A stretch of 64,000 nt of DNA from an uncultured Candidatus Saccharibacteria bacterium (GCA_964637575.1 CAZWVU010000002.1:82824-146823), one strand, 5' to 3'; positions 1-9,507 are shown, counted from the stretch's first letter. Numbers and translations are program-made. The notes: a model not told the origin generated them from the sequence alone.

Positions 1-363
1 AAGCCGGTCTGGCAGTCCGATTCCGGCTGCGCCAACCGCACCATTGCCGATGTATCGGCAGTCGCCGATCCGAACACGGGTGCCGCGGTCTATGACAGCG
101 TGCGCTATCAGGGCAAGAAAGGCTGGTTCAAAGTGGGCGGCACAAGTTTGTCATCACCGCTGATCGCGGGTATGTACGCGCTCGCAGGCGGACTTTCCTC
201 CGGCGTCTATGGCGCTTCGCTTCCGTACGGCAACGCGGCCGCCTTGCACGATGTTCTCTCTGGCAGCAACGGCTCCTGCGGCGGCACATACCTCTGCACC
301 TCGCTCTCCGGCTATGACGGCCCGACTGGTATGGGCACGCCAAACGGCCTTTCCGCTTTTTAA
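1..363 (+). CDS. S53/S8 (sedolisin/subtilisin-like) serine peptidase, C-terminal part (5' truncated by window)
   Basis: Frame open from base 1: KPVWQSDSGCANRTIADVSAVADPNTG...GGTSLSSP (catalytic Ser motif)...GYDGPTGMGTP, a typical S53 C-terminus. Confidence 0.8.
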   Translation, partial: KPVWQSDSGCANRTIADVSAVADPNTGAAVYDSVRYQGKKGWFKVGGTSLSSPLIAGMYALAGGLSSGVYGASLPYGNAAALHDVLSGSNGSCGGTYLCTSLSGYDGPTGMGTPNGLSAF

Positions 364-397
364 AACAACTCCACCCCACTGGTGAAAGTAGGGTGGT

Positions 398-554
398 AGA
401 CAGCTAGTATTTTTGGGAACGTCCCGCAGGACGATGTGGCTGGCTCTGGCGCATGGTTGCGCCAGAGCCATGGTGCCTTGCACATCGTCCGAGGGTGAAG
501 AAAAATCGGCCGCTGGAGCCGATTTATTCTGTTTCCCGAAAAAACTAGCTGTCT
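398..554 (+). repeat. Structured intergenic element with terminal inverted repeats (MITE-like or ncRNA)
   Basis: AGACAGCTAGT (398-408) / ACTAGCTGTCT (544-554); inner stems GGACGATGTG/CACATCGTCC, TGGCTCTGGCGCA/TGCGCCAGAGCCA, AAATCGGC/GCCGATTT. Confidence 0.6.
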
Positions 555-562
555 GCGCCGAA

Positions 563-937
563 CTATATTTTCAAAACGTCCCTTACTTTTGCCACAATAT
601 CCTCCAGCTTCACTTCAGCTTTCATTAAGTAATACGCCGGCTCGTCTTTGGCGACGCCCTTCATAATCTTGTCGTCCATATTCAGGTTGGTGAGAATGAT
701 AATCGGCACCTTCCTGCCCCATTCATCCTGCCGCAGCTTGCTCATCGCCGTCATACCGTCCATTTTCGGCATAATCAGGTCCAGCAGAATGAGGTCGGGT
801 TTCTTTTTCAGCGCCATCGCCAGCGCCTCCTCTCCGTTTTTTGTTTCCATAACTTTAAAACCCTCCTTCGAGAATTTTTTGGAAAGCGCCATCAGCATCG
901 GCGCCTCGTCTTCGGCAATTAATATTGTTTTGGCCAT
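563..937 (-). CDS. Single-domain response regulator (receiver)
   Basis: ILIAEDE...DLILLDLIMPKMDG...IIILTN...K receiver motifs. Confidence 0.9.
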   Translation of the reverse strand: MAKTILIAEDEAPMLMALSKKFSKEGFKVMETKNGEEALAMALKKKPDLILLDLIMPKMDGMTAMSKLRQDEWGRKVPIIILTNLNMDDKIMKGVAKDEPAYYLMKAEVKLEDIVAKVRDVLKI

Positions 938-1335
938 CAGGATTTTATAAATGTTTTAATGTCCTGAATCATCTGATCCAGGCGATAGTCCGATTTCGTG
1001 TAATATTTATCAACGCCAAGCCGGAGATAGGCATCCACTTTTTCCGGGCTGGCGGTGTTGGATACCACAAACACCGGAACTTTGCGCCATTTGGACTTCG
1101 CTCCCTTCAGCTTCACCACGAAATCCAATCCGGTCTCCCGTCCGAGCAGATAATGGTCGAGCCAGATCACGTCCACCCGCTTTACATCTTCCAGGTAACC
1201 CAGCGCCTGCTTGGCAGTCCGCGCAGTAATCACGTCAAAACCGTTCAGTTCCATCTTCTGCTTGACCGCTTCCAACAGCGGACGTTCATCCTCGATTACC
1301 AGCGCCACCGGATTTTCTTTCACCATTTTTGCCAT
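937..1335 (-). CDS. Single-domain response regulator (receiver)
   Basis: LVIEDE...VIWLDHYL...VVSN...YYTK; stop overlaps the next start. Confidence 0.85.
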   Translation of the reverse strand: MAKMVKENPVALVIEDERPLLEAVKQKMELNGFDVITARTAKQALGYLEDVKRVDVIWLDHYLLGRETGLDFVVKLKGAKSKWRKVPVFVVSNTASPEKVDAYLRLGVDKYYTKSDYRLDQMIQDIKTFIKS

Positions 1336-1391
1336 AGGTTTTATTATACCAAACCGGGCAGTGAAAACTCGAGTTTCTCCTGCCCGGCACG

Positions 1392-2684
1392 TTAACTCAA
1401 ATGCTTCGTGCCTTCTTTCTCTTTCATTCCTTTAAGAGGAATGCTGACATGGAACTTGGTTCCCTTGTTTTCCTCGGATTCGAACCAGACTTTCCCCCCG
1501 GCGCTTTCCACCACTGCCTTCACAAGATACAAACCGAGCCCGGTGCCGGCGGTTTCTTTTTCCCGGACGTTGTCGGCCCGGAATAATTTCGTGAAAATTT
1601 TGGACTGCTGGTCGCTGGGGATGCCGTAGCCGTTGTCCGCCACCGTGATGAGGGCGTCGGGATTTCCTTTCGTAATCTCCAGGCTGACACTTCCTTTCGG
1701 CGGAGTGTATTTTACCGCGTTCGAGAGAAGATTCTGGAAAATAATCCGAAGCAGTTTCGCGTCGGCCGGGATCGCCGGCAGTTTGTCGTAATGCTTCTCA
1801 AAATGAATCAGGCGTTCTTTCATCTGCGGCTTCAGTTCGTCGATCACCGAATCCGCCACTTCCGTAAAACTGGTCGGCGCGAGATCAATTACGAAGGTGC
1901 CTAGGTCAAGGCGGGACACGTTCAGAAGCGCATTGACGAGCTCGATCATCCGCTGGTTGCCGCGATAAATTTCCTGCAAATAATGCTTCTGCTCTTCCTT
2001 AAGTTTACCCGCATCGCCGTTAAGGAGCATTTCCGCATACCAGCTGATAGTGGAGAGCGGGGTGCGCAACTGGTGCGACGCCAGCGATACGAACTCCGTC
2101 TTCGCCCGGTCCACGTCCTTTTCCAGCGTGACATCGCGGAAGACATCGATCACGCCGACGGTCCTGTCTTGTATGACGATCGGGCTGGCGGTACTGGCCA
2201 CCGGAAACGTCCGGCCGTTTTTCCGCACATAGCTTACTCCGGCGGTACTGCTGGTGTAGAGTTTTTTCCCGCTCTCCCGCGCCTTCTGGAAAAGCCGCGC
2301 CTGTTTCGGAATCAGTTTTCCATTCTCGTCAACCGCCGGCAAAACCTCGTCCCAGGCCTTTCCCTTCGCGTCGGCAAACTGCCACCCAAGCAGACGCTCC
2401 GCCTCCCGGTTCATCACGATAATCCTGCCCTCCTCGTCGGTCGCGATCACGCCGTCGCCGATGCTCACCAGCAGCGCCTCGTCCCTGATTTTTTCCTCCT
2501 GCAGCTGCTTGTTGATCGCGGTCAGCTCCGTGGAACTTATCTCCAGCGAACGCTCCACGAGCGCCCGGTCCTCATCGGCGTGCTGATACGTCTCGCTGAC
2601 TGCTGACAAAAAAGCCTCCCACTCTTTGGGAATAGGCCGGTCTCCGAAATATTTTTTCAGCTGACGCTCAAGAACTTTATGCAC
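1392..2684 (-). CDS. PAS-domain sensor histidine kinase
   Basis: PAS (SIGDGVIATDEEGRIIVMN), H-box ASHQLRTPL, N-box NLLSNAVKY, G-boxes DNGYGI and GTGLGL. Start set at GTG 2684 (MHKVLERQLKK) to avoid overlap with the FIST gene. Confidence 0.9.
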   Translation of the reverse strand: MHKVLERQLKKYFGDRPIPKEWEAFLSAVSETYQHADEDRALVERSLEISSTELTAINKQLQEEKIRDEALLVSIGDGVIATDEEGRIIVMNREAERLLGWQFADAKGKAWDEVLPAVDENGKLIPKQARLFQKARESGKKLYTSSTAGVSYVRKNGRTFPVASTASPIVIQDRTVGVIDVFRDVTLEKDVDRAKTEFVSLASHQLRTPLSTISWYAEMLLNGDAGKLKEEQKHYLQEIYRGNQRMIELVNALLNVSRLDLGTFVIDLAPTSFTEVADSVIDELKPQMKERLIHFEKHYDKLPAIPADAKLLRIIFQNLLSNAVKYTPPKGSVSLEITKGNPDALITVADNGYGIPSDQQSKIFTKLFRADNVREKETAGTGLGLYLVKAVVESAGGKVWFESEENKGTKFHVSIPLKGMKEKEGTKHLS

Positions 2685-2704
2685 GGAATGTTCACGTATC
2701 GGGC

Positions 2705-3856
2705 TTATGCTTCGCGAAATGTAGTGATCGTCATCGTCTGGTTGTGTAACTGGCACTGCTTCTCGGTCGGCGCCGTCGGGCAAAGCTCGCCATACGAATA
2801 AAACCCGATGATCGCCGCCTGTTTTCCGATGGTGGAATGGACCGCCTCGATTTCTTCTTCGATTCTTTCTTTCAATACAAGCTTGCGGCCGATGCAGCTG
2901 ATCAAAATCGCTAGCTCCGGCTTGGATTTTCCGAGCGGCTCCACGCTCATGCTGGCCGCGCCGGACGCGCCGTCGATCAGGCGGTCGAAATTCGCCTTCA
3001 TCAGCTTCGCAGAAACGCCCACCGGCATATCACCGGCAAAGGTCATGCTCTGGTCCTTTTCATCCACCCCCAGCAGCGTGCGCACCACCTCCACCTCTCC
3101 TCCTTTATCATTTTTGATTTTCAAACTCAACGGAAAGAGCAGGCCAGTGCCCGGCAATCCGGACGCCTTGTCGCCAAGATATTCCTTATACAATCCGAGC
3201 GCCGGTTTGCCGTCCAGCTCGTAAAGCACATTGTCTTTCGCTTTGGTGATCGTCCGATCGGGGCCGAACGCGTCCCAGCCGCCCAAGGATCCGTAGCCGA
3301 CTTTCAGATCATTCCCGTAAAAACCGATGAGCACGATCTTGCCTTCGGCCGGCTGGCTGTCGAGGCCGACGAGCGTCGTTTTGAACGCGGCCCCGTCGCC
3401 CACCAATCCGCCGGTCGCGGATACGCTTTTGGGCAGACTTTCGGCAAGACCGCGGACGAGCGCCGTCCCGTTCACCTTCAAACCGTCCGAAAACACCATG
3501 ACGTGCATCAGATCTTTTGCGGGAAGTTTCGCCGCGAGCTGTTTGCCCGCCTCAAAACTTTCCGGCCCGGAAGCGATGTCTCCGACTTGGAATTCCAGTT
3601 TCGTTTTTTCAAAATGAATCGCGGTAACGGAAATGGAATCGTCCAAAACCTCGTCGCCGATAATCTCGCCGGCGGTGCTGCACAATAGAATGTGCGATTT
3701 CGGATACATCTGCTTCATGCCCTTAAAGGTTTCCGGATTCTTGAGCATCGCCGTACTGCTCATGACGAGCACCAGCTGGGGAATCTCTTTTATTTTTTGC
3801 GTCACTTCGACCCAACCCTTACCTTTTGTCCACTTTTTTTGTTCAGTAATAATCAT
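2705..3856 (-). CDS. FIST N/C domain sensory protein (NosP-like)
   Basis: CSTAGEI, GGLVGDG, LYELDGKPA, ISCIGR, GFYSYGEL, LHNQTMT FIST motifs. Confidence 0.9.
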   Translation of the reverse strand: MIITEQKKWTKGKGWVEVTQKIKEIPQLVLVMSSTAMLKNPETFKGMKQMYPKSHILLCSTAGEIIGDEVLDDSISVTAIHFEKTKLEFQVGDIASGPESFEAGKQLAAKLPAKDLMHVMVFSDGLKVNGTALVRGLAESLPKSVSATGGLVGDGAAFKTTLVGLDSQPAEGKIVLIGFYGNDLKVGYGSLGGWDAFGPDRTITKAKDNVLYELDGKPALGLYKEYLGDKASGLPGTGLLFPLSLKIKNDKGGEVEVVRTLLGVDEKDQSMTFAGDMPVGVSAKLMKANFDRLIDGASGAASMSVEPLGKSKPELAILISCIGRKLVLKERIEEEIEAVHSTIGKQAAIIGFYSYGELCPTAPTEKQCQLHNQTMTITTFREA

Positions 3857-3873
3857 GACTTTTAGTATATCAT

Positions 3874-6798
3874 TTACCGCACATTCACAAGAAATTTCGT
3901 CGTAATAACCTTTCCGGCGCGGCTGAATTGGCCGAATATATAGTAATTTCCTGATGCCGGAAAGAAGAAGTTGCCCGCTTCGATATCCGGCCCAAAGGCG
4001 TTGGGCAGGAAAAGATGCGACTGGTGGACGCTCTCACCGAGAAGCTGGTTCAGGAATGACAGCGGCAGAAGCCCATGGATATGGCGGAAGTTGGAAAGGT
4101 CGTCGCGGACAATGCTGATGTGCATCGGGACGGCAAGATACGGGTTGAGATCAGTAACCGGCTGGCCGTCCTTTTCAATATGGTAGGAAAGCGTCATGGG
4201 ATTACCGGGCTTCGGATTTTTCGGAGCCATGGCCAGCGTTACATCATACCCGTCAAAATTCCCCCTGGTATCAAAGGATTCCGTGGGGCCGCTCATCGCC
4301 GCCGGATTGCCGACGTTCACGTAAAACTGATCGGAGAAAAGCTGGGCGCGCTGCATGAAGTCGACGGAAATCATGTAGTAACCCGGTTTCGGGAACGTGT
4401 ACCTGACCGGGAATTCAGACCGGGCCAGCATGTCCGGCGTCACCGGCCCGGAATCTTCCGGGTGAATATGCGCGAAGACGCTGAAGTCTTTGCTGATGAT
4501 CACCACATGGATAATCCGGTCGTGATCCAGCGTCAGATCCCGGATCGGGCCGTTGGCAATGTTGTCGTGAAGCGTGAAGGTCAATGTCACCGGCATCCCC
4601 GGCATCAACGTTTTTGGATTGACCGCCATCCGGGCGTCAGTACGCGCCGGCCGGATGAAATACGCGAACTCGCGCGGGTCGGCAAAATGATACTGGCCAA
4701 GCCCGAGGCCGATCGTGCAGCCCGGCACCGCCACATCCGACGTCGCCTTCCCCGCCCGCTCCGGCACGCTCTCATGCCAGACATTCATCACATTCTGCTG
4801 TTCGCACTGTTTCTGGAACGCACTTTCCAGCACTCCGGAATGCGCGGCATGCGAACCACCTATGATGTGGAGCACCGCCCACACCCCCACCAGAGGGATC
4901 AGCCATGTTCCCCGCGCGTTGAAATCTATCAGAAGCGGCGCGGCTGCCGGCGCTGCGGCCAGGATGGTCCGGTTTCTCGCGCCGGCAACCCGGTACAGCC
5001 GGAAGGAAACCGCCGCGATGCCCGCCGCCACAAGAATATTCAAGATTTCAAACAATCCGAATCGCCGGTCTTCGGCATGCGCGGAACTGTCGTTGATTTC
5101 CTGCGGGTAATTGACGGTGAACGATGCCGCCGCGTCGTAGGCGCCGCCACGCTTCGCGACAAGATCAATTTTCCAGGTTCCCGCCGGGGAAAGAAGACTC
5201 ATCGGGAAAATATATCCGCCGATAAAGCGCCCGGTAACCGGAGCTATGATCGGGCCGATTCCTTGTTTCTGATTGGTAAGCGTCACCGCCAGATCGTTGA
5301 CCGCCGCCGCTCCGCCGGTTTTTTCATCCTGCAGCTCCACCAGAAATTCCCCGCGTTCATAAGGATGCTGGGTAAGCCGGAGGTCAACGCCCTGACTCAC
5401 CGCTTCCCGCTGGAAACTGAAATTCCGGTCCACTGGCGGCGTGGTGATGATCAGCAGGCCGGTCACGCAAAGAATAGTAAGCCCCATGACCACTTCAGAA
5501 GGCAGCGAGACGCCGAGCCAGAAGATCGCCTTCGCGAGTTTCGGCGTAGGCTGTTTTTGCAGATATCCGGCCGCCAGCGGCTCGAAATACAGCTGATGAA
5601 ATACCCGCAACGCCGCCAGCAGTCCCGCGAACACGCTCAGAATAATGAATGCCTTTCCCCAGTCGGTCGTGAGAAGATTCTGGAAACTCTTTAGATGAAG
5701 CCAGACGATGTACACGCCGGTCACCCCCGCCACGCCGAAGGAAACGCTGGCGATTTTTGAAAAGACCGACATCGCGTAGGCGGCGATCTTCAGATTTTGG
5801 AGCTTTCGCATCACCGGTGCGAGGATCAGCACGAACGCGGCGATCCCGCCGATCCAGATGTCTTTGAAAAAGAGATGAATGAAATTCATCAGGACAGAAA
5901 ACGCCGGCGCAAACGTGGACGCGGCGGCATGGCTGACGCGGGCGCGCGCGAGGGCGGTCAGCGCCAGGATAATCCAGAGCGTCCGTTCCGCCGCGCCGAC
6001 GGTTTCCCCCGCGGCTATTGTTTTTCCGAACATGAGAAAGATACAAAGAAACACGATCGCGCCGATCATCCGGTAGACAGTAAAAAGGCCCGAGACAGTG
6101 TTTACAAACGGAATGAAAACCGCCGAAAACGACGACTCCTGCAGTGTCGCGAGCTCGCTGGTCTTATAGATGAGATAGGAAACGCCTCCGGCAAGCGCCA
6201 GTATCAGTCCGATCACCGCGATCAGGCGGGCGCGCTTCCAGACTGCTTCCTCATGTCCCGAAAGTTCCACGGCGAAAAACTTTTTCCGCATCGGACGCCA
6301 GATGAATGCCAGGACGGCCAACGCGCCCAGCAGGAGTGCCTCGCCGACCAGCTCCAGCGCCACGGTTGCCGCCTCCGGCACACTGGAACTGTGGACGATC
6401 TGGAATTCGGCATTGGACGCGGCGGCCGGACTTTCGGCGCCGACGGAAAATACATACGCTCCCTTTGTGAAGTGGCCGTCATCGGCGGAGATCACCTGCC
6501 AGGAAACCGTGTACGTCCCCTTCCCGCCGTTCATCAGCGCCGCGCCGAAAAGCCGGGCATCATTCGGATTGACGCCGCCATTCCCGATATTCACTTTGGC
6601 GCCATCCGGCCCGAACACGCTGATACTGCTCACTCCCGGCTCGATCCGCTCGCTGAATTGAATACGCACACTGGCCGGCGCGGTGCCCAGCACTGACGAC
6701 GCCTCCGGCGTGTATTGCACCGGCGTCGCGTGCGCGAACGCCGCCGCGGGGAACGCCAGCGCGATTGCCACGCCGCACCATATGAAAATCTTGTTCAT
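3874..6798 (-). CDS. CopC-CopD copper resistance/uptake fusion with extra C-terminal His-rich extracellular domains
   Basis: Signal peptide ending AFA-H; CopC motifs FSERIE and YTVSWQVISADDGH; CopD-like TM block (SHAAA, IHL...IWIGG); two repeats HVVII..FAHIHP / MHISIV..FRHIHG. Confidence 0.8.
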   Translation of the reverse strand: MNKIFIWCGVAIALAFPAAAFAHATPVQYTPEASSVLGTAPASVRIQFSERIEPGVSSISVFGPDGAKVNIGNGGVNPNDARLFGAALMNGGKGTYTVSWQVISADDGHFTKGAYVFSVGAESPAAASNAEFQIVHSSSVPEAATVALELVGEALLLGALAVLAFIWRPMRKKFFAVELSGHEEAVWKRARLIAVIGLILALAGGVSYLIYKTSELATLQESSFSAVFIPFVNTVSGLFTVYRMIGAIVFLCIFLMFGKTIAAGETVGAAERTLWIILALTALARARVSHAAASTFAPAFSVLMNFIHLFFKDIWIGGIAAFVLILAPVMRKLQNLKIAAYAMSVFSKIASVSFGVAGVTGVYIVWLHLKSFQNLLTTDWGKAFIILSVFAGLLAALRVFHQLYFEPLAAGYLQKQPTPKLAKAIFWLGVSLPSEVVMGLTILCVTGLLIITTPPVDRNFSFQREAVSQGVDLRLTQHPYERGEFLVELQDEKTGGAAAVNDLAVTLTNQKQGIGPIIAPVTGRFIGGYIFPMSLLSPAGTWKIDLVAKRGGAYDAAASFTVNYPQEINDSSAHAEDRRFGLFEILNILVAAGIAAVSFRLYRVAGARNRTILAAAPAAAPLLIDFNARGTWLIPLVGVWAVLHIIGGSHAAHSGVLESAFQKQCEQQNVMNVWHESVPERAGKATSDVAVPGCTIGLGLGQYHFADPREFAYFIRPARTDARMAVNPKTLMPGMPVTLTFTLHDNIANGPIRDLTLDHDRIIHVVIISKDFSVFAHIHPEDSGPVTPDMLARSEFPVRYTFPKPGYYMISVDFMQRAQLFSDQFYVNVGNPAAMSGPTESFDTRGNFDGYDVTLAMAPKNPKPGNPMTLSYHIEKDGQPVTDLNPYLAVPMHISIVRDDLSNFRHIHGLLPLSFLNQLLGESVHQSHLFLPNAFGPDIEAGNFFFPASGNYYIFGQFSRAGKVITTKFLVNVR

Positions 6799-7310
6799 TT
6801 CTTTTTCTTGAGATCCAGCATAACCCCGCCGGCGATCAAGCCGATCGCGGTCAGCGCGACCACCCCGAACAGGATGTACTTTCCCGCCCCCGTGCCGCCT
6901 CCTTTAATAGTAATCGGCATCACCGCTCCGGTAATCACCCGGTTCTGGTCGTCATAAAACGCGAGATCGAGATTGAAGGTGCCGCCTTCGGTGAAGGTAT
7001 AGACAAGAAGGGTTGGCCCGAAAAGCGAATAAGGAACCGTCTCTTGAAATGCGGTGTCACCGTTGCTTTTGATAAACTTCACGGCCACCGTCGCGAACGG
7101 GACGTATTCTCTCGTGTCACTCTTCAGGAGGTTAAAATCAAACTGGATCGGCGTCCCGGCCATCGGCACGCCGCTCTGATCCGTCCCGACGTCCACGATC
7201 AAGTTGCCGACCACCTTTTCCAGACGCTGGCCGCCAAGCCCGTTCGCGAACGCGAACGGCGCCAACGCAAGGGCGCACGCCGCGATCCCTATGGCCGCCG
7301 CGATTTTCAT
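6795..7310 (-). CDS. Exported protein with C-terminal membrane anchor
   Basis: Signal peptide, beta-rich body, C-terminal TM plus KKKK; stop overlaps the copC-copD start. Confidence 0.7.
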   Translation of the reverse strand: MKIAAAIGIAACALALAPFAFANGLGGQRLEKVVGNLIVDVGTDQSGVPMAGTPIQFDFNLLKSDTREYVPFATVAVKFIKSNGDTAFQETVPYSLFGPTLLVYTFTEGGTFNLDLAFYDDQNRVITGAVMPITIKGGGTGAGKYILFGVVALTAIGLIAGGVMLDLKKKK

Positions 7311-7314
7311 CCGG

Positions 7315-7992
7315 TTATTTTCTCCGCCGCGCCGCCACGAGCGCCACTACCGCCAGCGCGAAGGCTCCGATCGCGAATGTCTTCGCCGTACCCGCGGATG
7401 ACGCGGAGGCCGATGCCGCCGCGTTCAGGTCGTAGGAAGAACGCTCCGGCTCCGGAAAACCATACTCATCGCTCGCCACCGGACAGCCAAACGCCCCGAC
7501 TTTATGCAGCCGCGTGACGCCAGCGGAAATTTTGGAAACCGTGGCATCCTCCGCGTCTTCGGACACCGACGAATCGCAGGTGAACTTCAAATCCACGGGT
7601 GTGTTATTGAGCGTGCCGAAAATCCGGTAACTATACGTCGTCGCCACGGTGGGAATGAAGATCGCAGTATACGCACCGGGCGCGTCTTCAGAAGGTTCCA
7701 GCGGCACTATTTTCGTTTTGTCGCCGGCGCCAAGCTCCACTTTGAGCGAGTCCGCGAGCCCGTTGACCGGAACGCCGCTTGTCGCACCCTGGCGAAAGAT
7801 CTGCGAGACGCGAAAGTCCACGCCGGACTGCCGGTCTACGATCGCCGGCTCCGCGAGCGATCCCACCGTCACAAGATACATTTTATTCCCGATCTGGAAG
7901 GTGTCATGTTCGTGCGCGAACGCTGCAAACGGCACTGCCAGACTCACCAACCCCGCCGCCGCGATGAACGGCAACGCGTATATTTTTTTCAT
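7315..7992 (-). CDS. Exported protein with mature N-terminal His and C-terminal TM (possible copper binding)
   Basis: MKKIYALP...AAFA-HEHD; C-terminal TM plus RRRK; first gene of the copper operon. Confidence 0.7.
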   Translation of the reverse strand: MKKIYALPFIAAAGLVSLAVPFAAFAHEHDTFQIGNKMYLVTVGSLAEPAIVDRQSGVDFRVSQIFRQGATSGVPVNGLADSLKVELGAGDKTKIVPLEPSEDAPGAYTAIFIPTVATTYSYRIFGTLNNTPVDLKFTCDSSVSEDAEDATVSKISAGVTRLHKVGAFGCPVASDEYGFPEPERSSYDLNAAASASASSAGTAKTFAIGAFALAVVALVAARRRK

Positions 7993-8032
7993 GTGATTCA
8001 TTATATCTTGAAACAATTAAAAATCCGAGCCT

Positions 8033-8275
8033 TTAGCCCGGTTTTTGAAACGACCGCTTCTCTTCCAGCGACTGGCGCAGCCGATCCAGATTGATCAGGT
8101 GTTTTTGCCAGGCCTTGCCGTGCGGATTTACCGTCTCGCCGCCACCGACACAGAAAAAGACTGCCTTGCATCGTTCGCACCCCATGAGATCCCCGTTGCC
8201 CGTCTTCCGGTCGCCCCACGCCACGAACACTAGCTGATACCCGCACTCGCTGCAGTAAATCATAGCGCTCTCCAA
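8033..8275 (-). CDS. Small zinc-ribbon hypothetical protein
   Basis: CSEC...CERC pairs; GGAG upstream. Confidence 0.45.
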   Translation of the reverse strand: MESAMIYCSECGYQLVFVAWGDRKTGNGDLMGCERCKAVFFCVGGGETVNPHGKAWQKHLINLDRLRQSLEEKRSFQKPG

Positions 8276-8317
8276 TTTGCTGGATTTATAGTAGCAAAAA
8301 TGGTTAAATATTCATAT

Positions 8318-8388
8318 TCCGAGGTCGTCTAATGGTAGGACAGCAGCCTTTGGAGCTGTGAATCGGGGTTCGATTCCCTGCCTCGGAA
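8318..8388 (+). tRNA. tRNA-Gln (anticodon TTG), CCA not encoded
   Basis: Acceptor TCCGAGG/CCTCGGA, D-loop TAATGGTA, anticodon loop CT-TTG-GA, T-loop GTTCGATTC. Confidence 0.95.
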
Positions 8389-8389
8389 C

Positions 8390-8430
8390 AAAAATAAAAT
8401 ACCCACGCTCATCGTGGGTATTTTATTTTT
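8390..8430 (+). terminator. Intrinsic (bidirectional) terminator after tRNA-Gln
   Basis: AAAAATAAAATACCCACG-ctcat-CGTGGGTATTTTATTTTT. Confidence 0.8.
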
Positions 8431-8443
8431 CGTTACTTAGATA

Positions 8444-8544
8444 GTGGGAATCGAAGACCGCAGCGCCGGCCGCCAGCAGGCGGACAAGCGAGGGGCGGGC
8501 TGCGAGAAATTTCCTGCAGGAAATTTACTTGTAGCCGATTCCAC
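8444..8544 (+). other. Structured element downstream of tRNA-Gln
   Basis: Closing stem GTGGGAATCG/CGATTCCAC; stem GGCTGCGAG/CTTGTAGCC with G-U pairs; perfect 20-bp palindrome AAATTTCCTGCAGGAAATTT (8507-8526). Confidence 0.5.
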
Positions 8545-8567
8545 CTGTTATTTGTTAAAATTCTCTG

Positions 8568-9122
8568 ATGCAAGAGCTGAACGAAGAACAAAAAAAGATG
8601 GCCACAAGGTCAATGATGTGCAATGCTGCAAAAAACTATGTCAGAAGTATGGAAATACTAGACGAGAACGCCCCGATTTCTGATTGGCACTTATCTTACT
8701 ACTTACTTGCCACTACAAGCCTTGAAGTATCTGCGAAGCTTTTCCTGTTCAATAAAGTTATGCCGGACTTTGAAAATCTTTCGGATATTGAAAAAAAGCT
8801 GAGATCTTTCGATCATGATTTATCCAAAATTTACTCCCCCGAAACAATTGATATAAAATTTCTTCATAAAGCCAAAATTTCTAAAGTAGTCAAAAAAGTA
8901 ACAACTGGGATTTTCCTATATGACTTCAAGCTAATAGAAGATGGGGCAGAGCCAATCCATGTTTATGATGCAGAATCAATTAAATATGGTTTGATGACGG
9001 ATAAAAAGAATTTGGGATTTGTAGGCTACCAACACAAAGAATTATTGAAATTATGCCAAAATGCATTAAATGCTACACTTAGTTTACTGATGGGTTCGAG
9101 CGGTGGTAGTCAGCAAAAATAA
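8568..9122 (+). CDS. AT-rich hypothetical protein, HEPN-like
   Basis: Helical protein with SLEVSAK (ExxxK) and HDL motifs typical of HEPN folds; visibly AT-rich compared with flanks. Confidence 0.5.
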   Translation: MQELNEEQKKMATRSMMCNAAKNYVRSMEILDENAPISDWHLSYYLLATTSLEVSAKLFLFNKVMPDFENLSDIEKKLRSFDHDLSKIYSPETIDIKFLHKAKISKVVKKVTTGIFLYDFKLIEDGAEPIHVYDAESIKYGLMTDKKNLGFVGYQHKELLKLCQNALNATLSLLMGSSGGSQQK

Positions 9123-9165
9123 GACGAAGGGCTGGCCAAAGTTGTGCATTGAATCCTTTACTAAA

Positions 9166-9507
9166 ATGAATATATTTAAGGTCCCCACAAAAGAGGCACA
9201 GGATTTAAAGATTGCTTTAGAAAAATTAGGGGCGAGAGTTTTGGTAGAAGTTTTTGACGAACATAAACGAATCGATTTAACAATTCCGGCTGCAAAAATT
9301 AATATTGAAGTTGATGGAATCCACCATCTTACAGACGCCAATCAAATTGTTGCGGATTTAAACCGTAGTTATTATTCAAATAAACTTGGCTATAATACTA
9401 TACATATTCCTAATAAACTCATTCACACGGATTTGGAAGAAATTGCATCTGCGTTAGCCAAAGCTGCAAGAATTAGGGAAGAGCAATTAAACCAGAAAAG
9501 ACAATAA
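9166..9507 (+). CDS. DUF559/Vsr-like restriction-fold endonuclease
   Basis: RIDL...INIEVDGIHH...R..Y...LGY...HIPN pattern; ATG 9166 chosen as start. Confidence 0.75.
   Translation: MNIFKVPTKEAQDLKIALEKLGARVLVEVFDEHKRIDLTIPAAKINIEVDGIHHLTDANQIVADLNRSYYSNKLGYNTIHIPNKLIHTDLEEIASALAKAARIREEQLNQKRQ

Noticed and set aside
4075-5694. Long antisense ORFs (also 13545-14969, 42206-43471, 57033-58310, 60297-62621 and others)
   Set aside because: Shadows of well-supported genes on the opposite strand in GC-rich DNA, with no recognisable motifs.
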